Positions 1 through 12,418 of a DNA stretch of 64,000 nucleotides are shown here, in pieces. The stretch covers positions 43,992,878-44,056,877 of the forward strand of contig NC_068985.1 of assembly GCF_001194135.2 (NCBI RefSeq), given 5' to 3'. The number at the start of each line of letters is the position of its first letter. Positions within the stretch are counted from its first letter, which is position 1. A program made the position numbers and the translations under genes. Source of the DNA: Octopus bimaculoides. Its lineage: Eukaryota. A model generated the notes under the pieces. It saw nothing but the letters and a program-made list of their open reading frames with translations. It made no database searches and was not told the DNA's origin.

Positions 1-600
1 GATGATGGCCATCCACTTGTTATCGAGGAAGACCATTGCTGACCTTCAGGAACATTGTGTGCTCTAGGACTAACTTATATTTTGCATTTGTGGCTCCATT
101 GGTCGCTAATGAACCCTGCTCTTGACAAACATACACAACTGCAAACATTGCAGACCAAGCTTTCCCCATTCACTACACCAGTAGTGTACTTTCGAGCAGC
201 ACGCTTAAGTTCTTCATGCAGAATACGTGCTCTCTCAAAATTGTCGACCCCCCTCCTTAACCTACTTCTTCCCTCTGTGGCAATGACAGGCATTGCTCTC
301 CCAGTCAGTCTCCTGCATATCACAGTTCTTAAATTGTAGCCTTGGTTTCAGCTAGGGTCTCTTTCCATTCCTAAGTTCCCCATATAGCATTTGCTTAAGG
401 ATCCTGCTAGCCTTCATTCTAATAAGGTGTTCAGTTAAAGGTAACCGGTACTTGTGCACCATCCCTCAATACTCAAGATATCAGCTTTCCTCAGGACCTG
501 TGTGTCTGATGAAAGCGTTCAAGGACCGTTACATGATGTTTGTAAAGGGTCCATGTCTCACATGAATAAAGGAGCAATGTATAGTAACTATTTTCGATAG
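1..600 (-). mobile_element. RTE-clade LINE, degenerate 3' fragment (ORF2 C-terminus with C2H2 finger, (CAT)n tail)
   Basis: Minus ORF 75-323 reads RRGVDNFERARILHEELKRAARK...LVCNVCSCVCLSRAGFISDQWSH. Upstream minus frames give a KQMLYGEL..GKR motif. The 3' UTR ends ggtcttcctcgataacaagtggatggccatcatc at base 1. Confidence 0.85.
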
Positions 601-1390
601 GTTTTTGAACTAATGCTTCACTATTTAGTTTTTTGGGACTTTGTGGGGTCCTTTTTGGTTACAACAGTGTGGGCAGCACTAAAAGTACCATCAGCCTTGT
701 GGTGGGGTTTAACTGGGTAACAGATTTAATCAATTATCTAAGAATAGAAATAGTCGCTTTGACTAAATTACACAGTTTCTGTTTACTAAAATTCAATCAC
801 AAGACTTTGGTTGACACAAAACTATGGTAAAATAAAAAGAAAAACACACATCCAAAGTGCCACACTGTGGGATTGAACCTGAAACCGTATTGTTGTAAAG
901 TGGACCTCTTAACCACACAGCCATATCCACATTCAGTTTTCATACATGCTATTATTACTTACTGTTAGATCACTTTGATATTTCAAATGTAAGAACCTCT
1001 ACGTGGTCATTTGCTTTTTAAAAAATTGAAAAATACATGGGCTAATGCAATCCAAGTCAGAAGAAAATAAAAGAAAAAAACAAACAAACTCCCTCACAAA
1101 AACAGGCTGGAATGATCTTAATCATACATAAGCTTGATCAGGGCTGATTTGGGGCTACAAAGCAACAACAACAATAACAACAACATGTTGAATAACATAA
1201 TCACTTAATAAGTGTATTAAAATATATTACTGTAAAAAAGAAAGTAACTGCTAATGCTAGAGACCAATGCTACTTTGCTCAGAATAATATTAAGCAGAAT
1301 AATATGTACTATGTAATTATAGTATGTACTATGTAATTATAGTATGTGCTATGTAGTATAGTATGTACTATGTTGAACACAATGCATTAT

Positions 1391-1731
1391 TCTTTTATTT
1401 GTTTCAGTCATTTGGCTATGGCCATGTTGGAGTACCACCTTGAAGGGTTTTAGTTGAACAAATCAATAACCAGGACATTTTTTTTTAAAGCCCAATACTT
1501 ATTCTATCGACTCTTTTGCTGAACCATTAAGTTGCAGGGACATAAACACACCAACACCGGTTGTCAAAGGGAACACACACACATACACACACATGATGGG
1601 TTTCTTTCAGTTTCTGTCTACCAAATCCACCCACAAGGCTTTGGTCGGCATGAGACTATAGTAGAAGGCACTTGCCCAAAGTGCTGTACAGTAGGACTGA
1701 ACCTGGTAAGCAAGCTTCTTACAACACAGCC
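1391..1731 (-). mobile_element. tRNA-headed SINE, family A
   Basis: Reverse complement matches the family A copy at 54901-55308 (gactgaaacaa 3' end, ggcaagtgcc and tttggtagac segments). Confidence 0.85.
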
Positions 1732-1861
1732 AAGAGTATGTAAAATAGTATGTAGAATGAAGAGATGCGTGTGCAATGTAGAACACAATGTATTGTTTAG
1801 AATAGTATGCATGAATAGGTACTTCTATATAATATGTAGAACAGTATGAATAGAATGTACT

Positions 1862-1998
1862 ATGGTGCTTGCTTCTCAACCACATAGTTCCAGGTTCAGT
1901 CCCACTGCGTGGCACTTTGGGTAAGTGTCTTTTACTATAGCCTTGGGCCAACCAAAGCTTTGTGAGTGGATTTGGTAGATGGACACTGAAGAATCCTG

Positions 1999-2038
<40 letters not shown>

Positions 2039-2268
2039 ATGTGCATGCATGTGTCTTTGTGTCTGTGTTTGTCCCACCACCACTGCTTGATGTTAGTGTG
2101 TTGGTGTGTGCATGTCTCTGTGACTTAGTGGTTCGGCAAGACAGACTGATAGAATAAGTACCAGGCTTAACAAAAAATAAGTATTAGTATCAATTAATTC
2201 TACTAAACATTCTTAAAGGTGGTGCCCCGGCATGGCCACAGTCTAATAACTGAAACAAGCAAAAGATG
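1862..2268 (+). mobile_element. tRNA-headed SINE, family A
   Basis: ggttcagtcccactgcgtggcactttgggtaagtgtctt, internal (TG)n, 3' gtggtgccccggcatggccacagtctaataactgaaacaag. Confidence 0.9.
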
Positions 2269-3029
2269 TAGAGTAGTATGCCGTATGCTATACAGTATAT
2301 ACTTTGTAGAATATTATGTACAGTGTAGAATAGTATGTGGAGTATACAATGGTATGTAGGGTATAGAATAATATATAGCATGTAGTACTACATAGAATAA
2401 TAAATAGATACTATATAGAATTGTATATATTATGTAATATGTAGAATAAGACATAGCATGTAGAATAGTAGTGTGTAGTATTTCAAAGAGTGAGACTTTA
2501 TAGAATGGTGCTATTGTTATTCTACATTGAATTGAAAGCAATGCTAAATATTTCTTCTTCTTCTTCTTCTTCTTCTTCTTCTCCTCCTCCTATTTTAACT
2601 GAGAAAATAGTCAATGAAGAAACAAACTGAGCTGAGAAATCATTTTAGTCTGATATTATTTATTCTACTTTACTTACTCTCTTCGCCGTAAGGGTTTGAT
2701 GGAAAGATCTATGTCATGGTCATTATTGATTATTTGATATTTTTTTTTAGCATCATTTAGCTAGTTCAGACGAGAGGATCTGCCAAGCTTAGTGCTATCC
2801 AAATATTTTGCCATGGAAATCTCCAAGGATATACAAAATTCTGTTTGAAAGTTCGACATGAAAGGTAGGAGAAAGGATAAATGTCATGTTTACATCTACA
2901 AATAAATGTGCTCTAATGAAGGATTGTCTCTAGTTAGTGACTGACATGTTGAGTTTTAGGATCTTCTTTGATGTTATGATAAATGCAATGAATGCTTCCT
3001 TACATTTCTTCATCAGTAATTTATATATT

Positions 3030-3069
<40 letters not shown>

Positions 3070-3084
3070 ATTTAATGTAATGTG

Positions 3085-3375
3085 TGAAGATGTGTGTTCT
3101 AGTGGTTAGAGTGAGTTACCTATGATCACAAGATCGTAGTTTCAATTCCTGGACTGGTGTTGTGTTGTGTTTTTGAGAAAAACACTTCATTCTACATTAC
3201 TCCAGTCAACTCAGCTGTAAATGGATAACCCTGTAATGGACTGGTGTTCCATTCAGGGGAATGGTGGCCTGCTCACCTAACCACTAAGCTAGCATCATTC
3301 AAAAGCTACTACAATACAAGGAATCACATTGTAACCAGCAGTGTGTAACAACATCTGATAGTCTAGTTGATACAG
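3085..3375 (+). mobile_element. tRNA-headed SINE, family D (diverged)
   Basis: tctagtggttagagt...gtagtttcaattcctgg A/B-box-like head, then acttcattctacattactccagtcaactcagctg, shared with 32210-32460 and 20598-20880. Confidence 0.65.
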
Positions 3376-3435
3376 TGGAATGTGTATTTATATATATATA
3401 TATATATCATCATCATCGTTTAACGTCCGCTTTGA

Positions 3436-3473
<38 letters not shown>

Positions 3474-4419
3474 CAAAAGGATGTGTTATAATACTATTCC
3501 ACATATACAAAAACAGCCATACCAACAATCCAACATACCTCCATCATCAGCTGCCCCACAGATATCATTATGGTTTTGACACTTGGGCAGTACCATTCAA
3601 TCTGGCGGTGTCAACAGCACTAAAATAAGTGTTGTTTGGGAACAAACACACCAAAGAAACCACAACTTTCAAACACATTTACCCTACATACAACAGTATT
3701 AGTAAATAAATTCAATAAATAAATCTATAACCAACTCCTGAATATGTAACTAAACAGTGACTAATCCTTTAAGTCATACAAAAAATATTCCCTAGTATAA
3801 TATAAAAGTTAAAGCTTGATAACCACATTCATTCAGTCTAAATATAGCAGGATTAAACACTAACTTTAAAATTAAACTACAATAAAGAAACGCATAAACC
3901 TATGTACATCTGTATCAGTATTAATAGTAAACCTGCAGTAACTAAATTATATACTAAATAGCGACCAATCTTTAAGTTCATACAAATAATAATCCCACCA
4001 GTCTTCCATAGTTACTACTATAATAAAAAAGTGAGAGCTTTATATAATTCTCTCCAAAACAAAACAAACATGATTGAATTTAATTTAATGAATAATATAA
4101 TAATTATGAGTGAAATACATTATTTCATAATTCAAAAGTTACATACTCATTAATATACACTAGATACTTATTAATATATATATTACCCTTACAAGCTTTA
4201 ATGTTAAATTACCAGTAAGTAATAGAAACATTAAATTTATTAAATAGGAACTAATAAAAGTATACTTGTAATTAATTATTATTATAAAACCTTGCTATGA
4301 TTAAAGCTAAATCAAAACTGTTTAAAAGACAATAAAACTACCAAGTCTACATGTTTTTCAGACACGCGATTCCATCACCTAGAACTTAAAAGACTATCTT
4401 AACTATTGATGACGTAGTG

Positions 4420-4730
4420 CATCATCATCATCACCATTTAGCATCCGTTCTCCATGCTGGCATGGGTTGGACAGTTTGACTGGGCTGGCATGCTGCAAGG
4501 CTGCACCAAACTCCATTCTGATTTGGCATAGTTTTCTACAGCTGGATGCCCTTCTTAATGTCAACCCCTCTGAGAATGTAATGGGTGCTATTAGGTGCCA
4601 CCGGCACGAGTGCCGTTTGCGTGACACTGGGGTGCATTTATGTGCCACCGGCATGAATGCCAATTTGCATGACACTGGTATCTGCCATGACTGCGATTTT
4701 GCTTGGCTTGATGGGTCTTCTCAAGCAAAC
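4420..4730 (-). mobile_element. RTE-X 3'-UTR-derived element with (GAT)n tail
   Basis: catcatcatcatc..tttagcatccgttctccatgctggcatgggttggacag...ctggatgcccttcttaatg is the reverse complement of the 3' end seen at 14936-15177. Confidence 0.85.
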
Positions 4731-4893
4731 ACATATACATACATACATACATATATATATGTATATATATGTATATATAGGTATATATATATACATATAC
4801 CTATAGGGATAAGAATTTCATATGATATTGATTTGAATATATTTGAATAAACTGATGTCTATACATCAATTTTTCCATTTTCTTATTCACATA

Positions 4894-4932
<39 letters not shown>

Positions 4933-5687
4933 NNNNNNNNNNNNNNNNNNNNNNNNNNNNNNNNNNNNNNNNNNNNNNNNNNNNNNNNNNNNNNNNNNNN
5001 NNNNNNNNNNNNNNNNNNNNNNNNNNNNNNNNNNNNNNNNNNNNNNNNNNNNNNNNNNNNNNNNNNNNNNNNNNNNNNNNNNNNNNNNNNNNNNNNNNNN
5101 NNNNNNNNNNNNNNNNNNNNNNNNNNNNNNNNNNNNNNNNNNNNNNNNNNNNNNNNNNNNNNNNNNNNNNNNNNNNNNNNNNNNNNNNNNNNNNNNNNNN
5201 NNNNNNNNNNNNNNNNNNNNNNNNNNNNNNNNNNNNNNNNNNNNNNNNNNNNNNNNNNNNNNNNNNNNNNNNNNNNNNNNNNNNNNNNNNNNNNNNNNNN
5301 NNNNNNNNNNNNNNNNNNNNNNNNNNNNNNNNNNNNNNNNNNNNNNNNNNNNNNNNNNNNNNNNNNNNNNNNNNNNNNNNNNNNNNNNNNNNNNNNNNNN
5401 NNNNNNNNNNNNNNNNNNNNNNNNNNNNNNNNNNNNNNNNNNNNNNNNNNNNNNNNNNNNNNNNNNNNNNNNNNNNNNNNNNNNNNNNNNNNNNNNNNNN
5501 NNNNNNNNNNNNNNNNNNNNNNNNNNNNNNNNNNNNNNNNNNNNNNNNNNNNNNNNNNNNNNNNNNNNNNNNNNNNNNNNNNNNNNNNNNNNNNNNNNNN
5601 NNNNNNNNNNNNNNNNNNNNNNNNNNNNNNNNNNNNNNNNNNNNNNNNNNNNNNNNNNNNNNNNNNNNNNNNNNNNNNNNNNNNNNT
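4933..5687. other. Assembly gap (other gaps: 14367-14935, 20459-20563, 36778-36827, 41915-42138, 44723-45126, 58511-58575)
   Basis: Runs of N, most flanked by microsatellites or young LINE sequence. Confidence 1.
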
Positions 5688-5726
5688 ATACATACATACA
5701 TACATACATACATACATACATACATA

Positions 5727-5889
5727 AGCACAGGAGTAGCTGTGTGGTAAGAAGCTTGCTTCCCAACCACATGGTTCTGGGTTCAGTCCCACTGAATGGC
5801 ACTTTGGGCAAGTGTCTTCTACTGTAGCCTTGTGCCGACCAAAGCCTTGTGTGTGTGGTTTTGGTAGATGGAAATTGAAAGTAGCCCGT

Positions 5890-5932
<43 letters not shown>

Positions 5933-6020
5933 TTGTGTGTCTGTGTTTGTCCCCACCACCATAGCTTGACAACTGATGTTGGTGTGTTTATGTCCTCGTA
6001 ACTTAGCGGTTCGGCAAAAC
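5727..6020 (+). mobile_element. tRNA-headed SINE, family A (3'-truncated)
   Basis: gtagctgtgtggtaagaagcttgcttcccaaccacatggttctgggttcagtcccactg head. Confidence 0.9.
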
Positions 6021-6250
6021 AAAAAATACAGAAAATATTTAAATATGATACTGGGCTGAGTGATAGCTGTTATAATGATTAATTTTATCATGATTAGATA
6101 AATATATGAGGGACTGGGTGAGTGCATAAAATTTTCTTGCTTTACAAGTATTAAATATGGTAAATTAAAGATGAATGGTTGAAGAACAATTGTAAACAAA
6201 GTTTTATGGAAAAATATTCTAGAGGAAATAAGAAAATGCCTAATGCTGGG

Positions 6251-6297
<47 letters not shown>

Positions 6298-6299
<2 letters not shown>

Positions 6300-6963
6300 T
6301 GGCTGTCTACTCCTCATGTAGAGCCTGACCAGCTCTTTTTCTTACACCTTAAATCCATCATAGCATCTGAGGTGGCTTCTTAAACCAGACATTGTATTAA
6401 AAAGACACCCACATAGATTGCATATCTGATTTGGACCACCAAGAGCTGCACTTAAGTTCTGATCTTTGGATCTTAAAATGTCTTTTGAAGCCTCTGCTAG
6501 ATTTGCTGACCTTATCGCATTGAAAGGTGTGAACATATATATAGGCAGAGCAGTTGATGGAGGTTCTTTTTTCGTGGGTCTGCAAATGAGATTTGAGCCC
6601 AGCAAAAGAAAAGGCATGGTCTGTCACAAACCGTGCACACAAAAACGTCACTGAAATTCACCTTCTCGATCACAACATTCTTCTTTACATCTCTCTTGAG
6701 TCTTGCATGTGTCATCCTGGCCTCCTCAAAAGCTTTCACTCCACTCTACACTTTTGTTTGCCATCCAGCTTGATCTGAAGCAAGGTTTTCTATTGCTTTT
6801 GGATCCATTCCAAGTGACTTCATGGTAGTCCTTATGCTGTCCTTAAACCTCTTTTAGGTTTACACCAAATGTGTTTCCCCTCTGCAAGGGCACCATAAAA
6901 CAGGTGTTTGAGTGTGCATTCATCTGCCATTCGAACAATATGGTCAGACCATCTCATTTGATT

Positions 6964-6967
<4 letters not shown>
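6298..6967 (-). mobile_element. RTE-clade LINE 3' fragment with C2H2 fingers, inserted in (TA)n
   Basis: Minus frames: MRWSDHIVRMADECTLKHLFYGALAEGKH..KPKKRFKDSIR, then VFVCTVCDRPCL/FAGLKSHLQTH, then ICNLCGCLFNTMSGLRSHLRC. (TA)n on both sides. Confidence 0.9.
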
Positions 6968-7043
<76 letters not shown>

Positions 7044-7529
7044 ATATAATTTATAATTGATGTTATTTACATAGAAACATTTCTACACAATGGCCTATTG
7101 GGGTGGGGTAAGTTTTCATGTATCACATGGAATTTTGTTTTGATATTTGGAAAAGTGTCACATGATATCTATCACAAATTGGGCTGGCTCTTTGGGAAAT
7201 GTCACGTATAATACAGACATATCTAAACATAAGTTGGTAATTAGTTCCAAGACATGTGATTTAACTTGAAAAATTATGTAATATGAAAACACATTAAAAA
7301 AAATTATTAGCTTATATCTGTTTTAATAAATGGTTTGCATATATTTTCAGATGCATTTTATTTGATTTTACCATTTCAGTATCGTTTTTTGGGTGTTTTT
7401 AAAAAAAAATTTTATGCTTTTAAATAAACTTGTTGAAGGTGATGTAAAGTCAAATAAATCAATTGAAGGTGAAATTTATTTTCTCCATTTTTTTCTTTAG
7501 AAAAATGACATAAAGTTAAAAATGATGTA

Positions 7530-7917
7530 CAGTATATACTCATGGATAGGTTGCACTTTTTTTTTACCAAAACTTTTGATAAAAATCAAGGGTGCGACCT
7601 ATCCACTCAACATCAAAAGGATCTGAAGTAGACTTTGGCATATCAGTAATTGAGTTGATTTATCAATTAGATTGCTGTCATAAAGCCACTTTTGCAAAAA
7701 ATGTTTCAATATTTGTAAGCAAAGTTTTGAAATAAAGGTGAATATTTGATAATATATAACAAATATTAGTTATATTTACGTTATAAAGGGGCCATTGTAA
7801 CTCCCCAGATTGTGTGATCTATCTGCTAGTCAACTGGAAATACCTACTTTGACAACCCCAGACTAAAGGGGGGGGGTGATCTATCCACTGGTGTGACCTG
7901 TCCATGAGTATATACAT
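7530..7917. mobile_element. Tc1/mariner-superfamily (pogo/Tc2-like) MITE
   Basis: Left TIR CAGTATATACTCATGGATAGGTTGCAC; right TIR (reverse complement) ATGTATATACTCATGGACAGGTCACAC; TA flanks. Confidence 0.75.
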
Positions 7918-8214
7918 TAACTCAAAACAACGTAAGTTGAAGTATGCCTGTATCTGTTAGAATTTTGGTTGGATCCTCAGAGAAAGGAATTTCAGACAGT
8001 GTAATCAATGTAAATTATAGGTGTACAAGAGTGGTGTTGTAAAATCCTTGGCAGGTTGGCAGAGAAGGAGGACATTTGTATGTTGCAAAATGAAAAGGAG
8101 CTGCTAGCAGTAATAATAGTAATGAGATAAATTCTTTCAGATTCAAACGTTGGGTGATATGCCATGCTTGAGAAGACCCATCTTGAGTGAAGCTAAGTGA
8201 AGATGTAATCATGG

Positions 8215-8475
8215 CCAATGCCAGTGTTGCAGAACTGGCACATAAAAGGCATCCTTCGAACTTTGGGCCTCACAGAGGCAGTGATAAATGACCAAGATCT
8301 TTGGCAATATATCATAGCTACGGTTAATGCTGGTGTTTCATAACTGGCATCTGTGTTGGTGGCATGTAAAAAGCACCTGCTACAATTTTGGAGTGGTTGG
8401 CATTAGGAAGGGCATCCAGCTGTAGAAACCATGCTAGCAGAGAAAACAGACATTAAATGATGATGATGATGATAA
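8215..8475 (+). mobile_element. RTE-X 3'-UTR-derived element
   Basis: ggagtggttggcattaggaagggcatccagctgtagaaacc...acattaaatgatgatgatgat. Confidence 0.8.
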
Positions 8476-8602
8476 CTTCTAATGTTCCTTAGAAGTAGTT
8501 GATAGCTTCTCTTACCTATGTGACCTAATTAGCAGTGGGGTAGTTTGTTAGAAAATACAGCAGCCAGAGTAAAAGTGGGATGGAGTTATTAACTCTGCTG
8601 GC

Positions 8603-8701
<99 letters not shown>

Positions 8702-8779
8702 CATATATATATATATATAAGTGTATTTCTACATTTACATGCCAATTGTATGATTAGACAAAGTCTAATATCGTATTGA

Positions 8780-9150
8780 TTATGGATTGTGTGGAAAGGC
8801 AGGAGAGAAATTTGGTGAATATACTTTACTAGTAATGTTAGTCTGGATGGATAAATGGGGTAAGAGAAAAATGGAGTTTAAGGGGAATTAGATATGGCAA
8901 AACAGAAATGGATGAGATGGCATGGACATGTAATGCATATGGAAGATGACAGTTGGGTAAAGAAGTGCCAAGATAGCCAAGTGGAAGGAACCTTTAGAAG
9001 AATAGATACCAACAAAAATATGAAAAGTAGTGAAAGCTGTTCTAAGAATGCTGAACCTTACAAAAGAGATGACAAAAGGCTGCAAGAAATTGGCAAGATA
9101 TTGTGCTGGAAGAGTATCAGCCAGCTTGTGCCAGAATGGAAAAATGGACA
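8780..9150 (+). mobile_element. RTE-X LINE ORF2 C-terminal remnant
   Basis: ORF 8894-9268 begins KWMRWHGHVMHMEDDSWVKKCQDSQVEG, the post-RT RWxGHVxRM motif. Confidence 0.8.
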
Positions 9151-9264
9151 TAAAAATGGTGATGATAAAATGATGATCAAGTTGATGATAACAATGATGA
9201 TGGTGGTGGAGATGATCATCATGATGACAACAATAGTGATAACAATATATACACACAATCAGGT

Positions 9265-9495
9265 TTAACCCTTTGGCATTTAAACTGGCCTTTTCCGGCC
9301 AAAATATCCTACCTGTTTTATGTTCAAACTGGTGAAATCCAGCCTTTCACACCTACCCTACAATGTCATTCTAAAAAATAAACAAATCCATCATTGAAAT
9401 GTCACAGCTATGATATAATGAATGATTAAAATTCAAAATAATGTGAATAAATAAGCATTACATTTGGAAGAATAATCTGAATGCTAAAGGGTTAT
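9265..9495. mobile_element. piggyBac-like MITE (TTAA target)
   Basis: TTAA-CCCTTTGGCATT...AATGCTAAAGGG-TTAT; same family as 38086-38313. Confidence 0.75.
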
Positions 9496-10924
9496 GCAAA
9501 GGAGCTGTAATCATTATTCTAGTAAAGGCCAATTAACCAATACTGTCAGCAATTAATTATTATGTAATTAGCTTCATTCACATTTCTTCTTACTCCACTC
9601 TCACTCAACCATTCTATCATTGATTACCATTCCATCTGGAAGACAGTAGAATCTATAATTCACTTACCATCCCTATATTCCATAGGTTCAACTTCTGTCT
9701 GTTGTGGAAGCATTTGGTTTTATATGTGTGCCAATAAAGCAGAGATGAGAGAAATTGGTGGAGGACTGGCACAAAGTTGGTAACATAAGATTGATTAGTG
9801 TTGTTGTTGTTGGTGGTGGTGGTCATGTGGTGATAATATTAGTTATGCTTATGATGATAGTGGTAGTGGTGATTGTGGTAGTCAGTGGTGGTGGTTGACT
9901 TAGAGGTAGTGATGGGCGTGGTGGTGGTGGTGGTTATTTGTTGTGGTTATGGTGATAGTGATGGTTGTGATGATGAATTTGTTTTTAAACGAGTGTGGCT
10001 GCCTAATTATTTTGCATGTGAAACAGTGCAGAGTTACAACCACTTAACCCACCACCACCACCACCACCACCACCACCACCACTAAATAGCAGCCGACTCT
10101 CCTTCGAACCACTGTCTACTTTCTTAAAAACAGAAATACTTGTCAGATAGTGTATTCCTTGATGTATTGTAACTGAACTAATGATTTGATGGCCATAGGT
10201 GGAATGGCCTTGATTATAAAATCCGTTCCAAGTTGTTTGACCAAACTACTTCTCTGCCAAATGTCTGCTCAATTAAGCTTGTCAGGGATGGTGGTGGTGG
10301 GTGTCACACAACAATAGTAACATTGTATGATGATGATGATGCCAATAACACTGCCTTTTACACAAACACACATTCACACAATCTCATGTACACACAAATA
10401 CACAGAAGCAAACACATTGATACACACTCACACACACCTTCACACATACTCTCTCTTCCACTCTCTCTCCCTCCCATTCTCTTTCTCTTCTTCTCTCTCT
10501 CCCTCCCTCCCTCTCTCCCACTCTCTCTTTTACGCTTTCACTAAACACATATGTCCTTCCCAAATCAAACCACTTCCTTTCCATAACAAGAAAATGTCTC
10601 AATTTGACAAACTCACCTTGTTTCTTCTTAATTAAAAGTTGGATGGCTTTCTTTAAATTTACACTTGCAACTGATAATGTTGCATCTTGTATGGAACGTA
10701 TCCAATTTTCTTTAACCAAGAAAATATATCATTATGGAATTCTTGGACATAATCAGTCACTCCAAAACAATTTTTGTTTACCGTTTGAGGGAAACTTCCA
10801 CTATTTAGAATTCTTGTTGTGGTCACCTTGATCATCAGCCACCATCTAATACTTCAATCGGTGGACATGACCTGTGTGTACATGGTTCTATTGCTTTTAG
10901 ACCATGAATGCCCACCACCACTAC

Positions 10925-11340
10925 TATTTAATATGCAAGGTGTCATGTAAAAACCACTGGTGATGGTGGCACCCAGTACCCAGTACACTCTGTGGAGTGG
11001 TTGGCATTAGGAAAGTCCTCCAGCCATAGAAACAAAACCAAAACAAACTATGGAACCTGGTGTGGTCCCTGGCCTTGCCAGTTCCTATCAAGGCATCGTA
11101 CCTACACCAGCATGAAAGACAGATGCTAAATGTTAATGATGATGATGATAGTGTTCCCTGTTGGCATGGGATGATTTACAGAGATGTAACCCATGCTAGC
11201 ATGGAAAGCGGACGTTAAACGATGATGATGATGATGATGATGATGATGGGTCCAAGGACTGCATCATACTCCAGTGTCCGCTTTGGCATGATTTCTAAGG
11301 GTGGATACCCTTCCTAATGCCAACCACTTTTACAGCTTTT
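10925..11340. mobile_element. Cluster of RTE-X 3'-UTR fragments in both orientations
   Basis: ggagtggttggcattagg (plus), aacccatgctagcatggaaagcggacgttaaacgatgatg (plus, 11188-11248), ggatacccttcctaatgccaaccac (minus). Confidence 0.75.
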
Positions 11341-12371
11341 CTCATATCATCAGTGTTAGTGAGGTCATGATGCAGCTTGCAAGACTACAAAGTCTGAGTG
11401 GTATTGGTGGCTTTGTGCTAAGAGATGAAATTTGTTTTCTAAGAAACCCTTAAAAGTTTTTGGACAAGTTTACCCCAGCTAATATTTGCAGTGGAATAAC
11501 AAATCTGAATAAATTTTATTTATGTCTACTTTATAACGCTATATATATATATATATATATACAGTAATCCCTTACCATATTACGGTTCATTTATTGTGGT
11601 TTATTATTAAAGCTAATGTTGATTCCCACAAGATGTTGTTTTGCATTTATGATAAAATAAATATTTGCAAATTATTAAAAAAAAAAATACAGTACAGTAC
11701 TGTTTTTACGTCATGGATTTTCACCTATCACAGAGTGTTTTGGAATGTAACACCAGCAATAGTAGAGAGATTACTGTACATAAATCCTCACCTGAGATTT
11801 TTGTGTAACAACGGAAAGCAATGGAAATAGAAGACGCTATGATAAACCACATTCTATCATTTTTCAAAACTATGTAACTACTAATGAATATATATCTGAA
11901 TCAGAAATTTACATGATTTGAAGTATGGTATGCATATATTTGATAAGTGCTGTATTATCAATATTTTATATATCAGTAAACAACAAGTTGGCAGGATTGT
12001 TAGCAAAACTGTTTCATATCTTCTATGCAAGATTAAATCAAAAACTTATTATGATTTCATAACATTGAGTCATAATTAGTGAAGCAAAACCAGTCGACTC
12101 TGTACATATTGTAATGGATTAAATAATCTTTATCTACACAAACAAGATTTCTGTGCTTTGTCACTTTAAATTTTATTTTTTATATACATATGTTATTCAA
12201 AACAGTTTGATTCAGATTCTATGCTATTTCAATTTCTGAAGCCCTTAATGGAACCTACTTCTTCAGGTTGGTGAGAATCCAAATGAATGGAGAGGTACAG
12301 GAAGTCCAAGATGGTTACTGAAAGGTGGGCTGCAATTGGTCAAGGAAGGTCACATGATGTCACAATGGGTA

Positions 12372-12418
<47 letters not shown>

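Noticed and set aside
3470-3620. Definite COX3 or CYTB NUMT
   Set aside because: The same bases resemble two different mitochondrial genes only with several indels, and the strand skew is not what I expect for octopus cox3. Kept only as an open hypothesis.
4801-5972. Long ORFs of 294-361 aa in the ORF track
   Set aside because: They are read through N-gaps and microsatellites. The same applies to the ORFs over 14266-15099, 41663-42228 and 44504-45284, apart from their LINE-derived parts.
6342-6739. Host C2H2 zinc-finger gene
   Set aside because: The fingers follow an RTE post-RT motif, are frameshifted, lack HTGEKP linkers, and the unit sits between (TA)n tracts.
9790-10085. Functional hairpin from (GGT)n facing (CCA)n (also 23890-24090)
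   Set aside because: Opposed simple repeats are expected by chance at this microsatellite density.
12255-12370. Plus-strand exon VGENPNEWRGTGSPRWLLKGG
   Set aside because: Short, with no convincing donor and no compatible neighbouring plus-strand exon.
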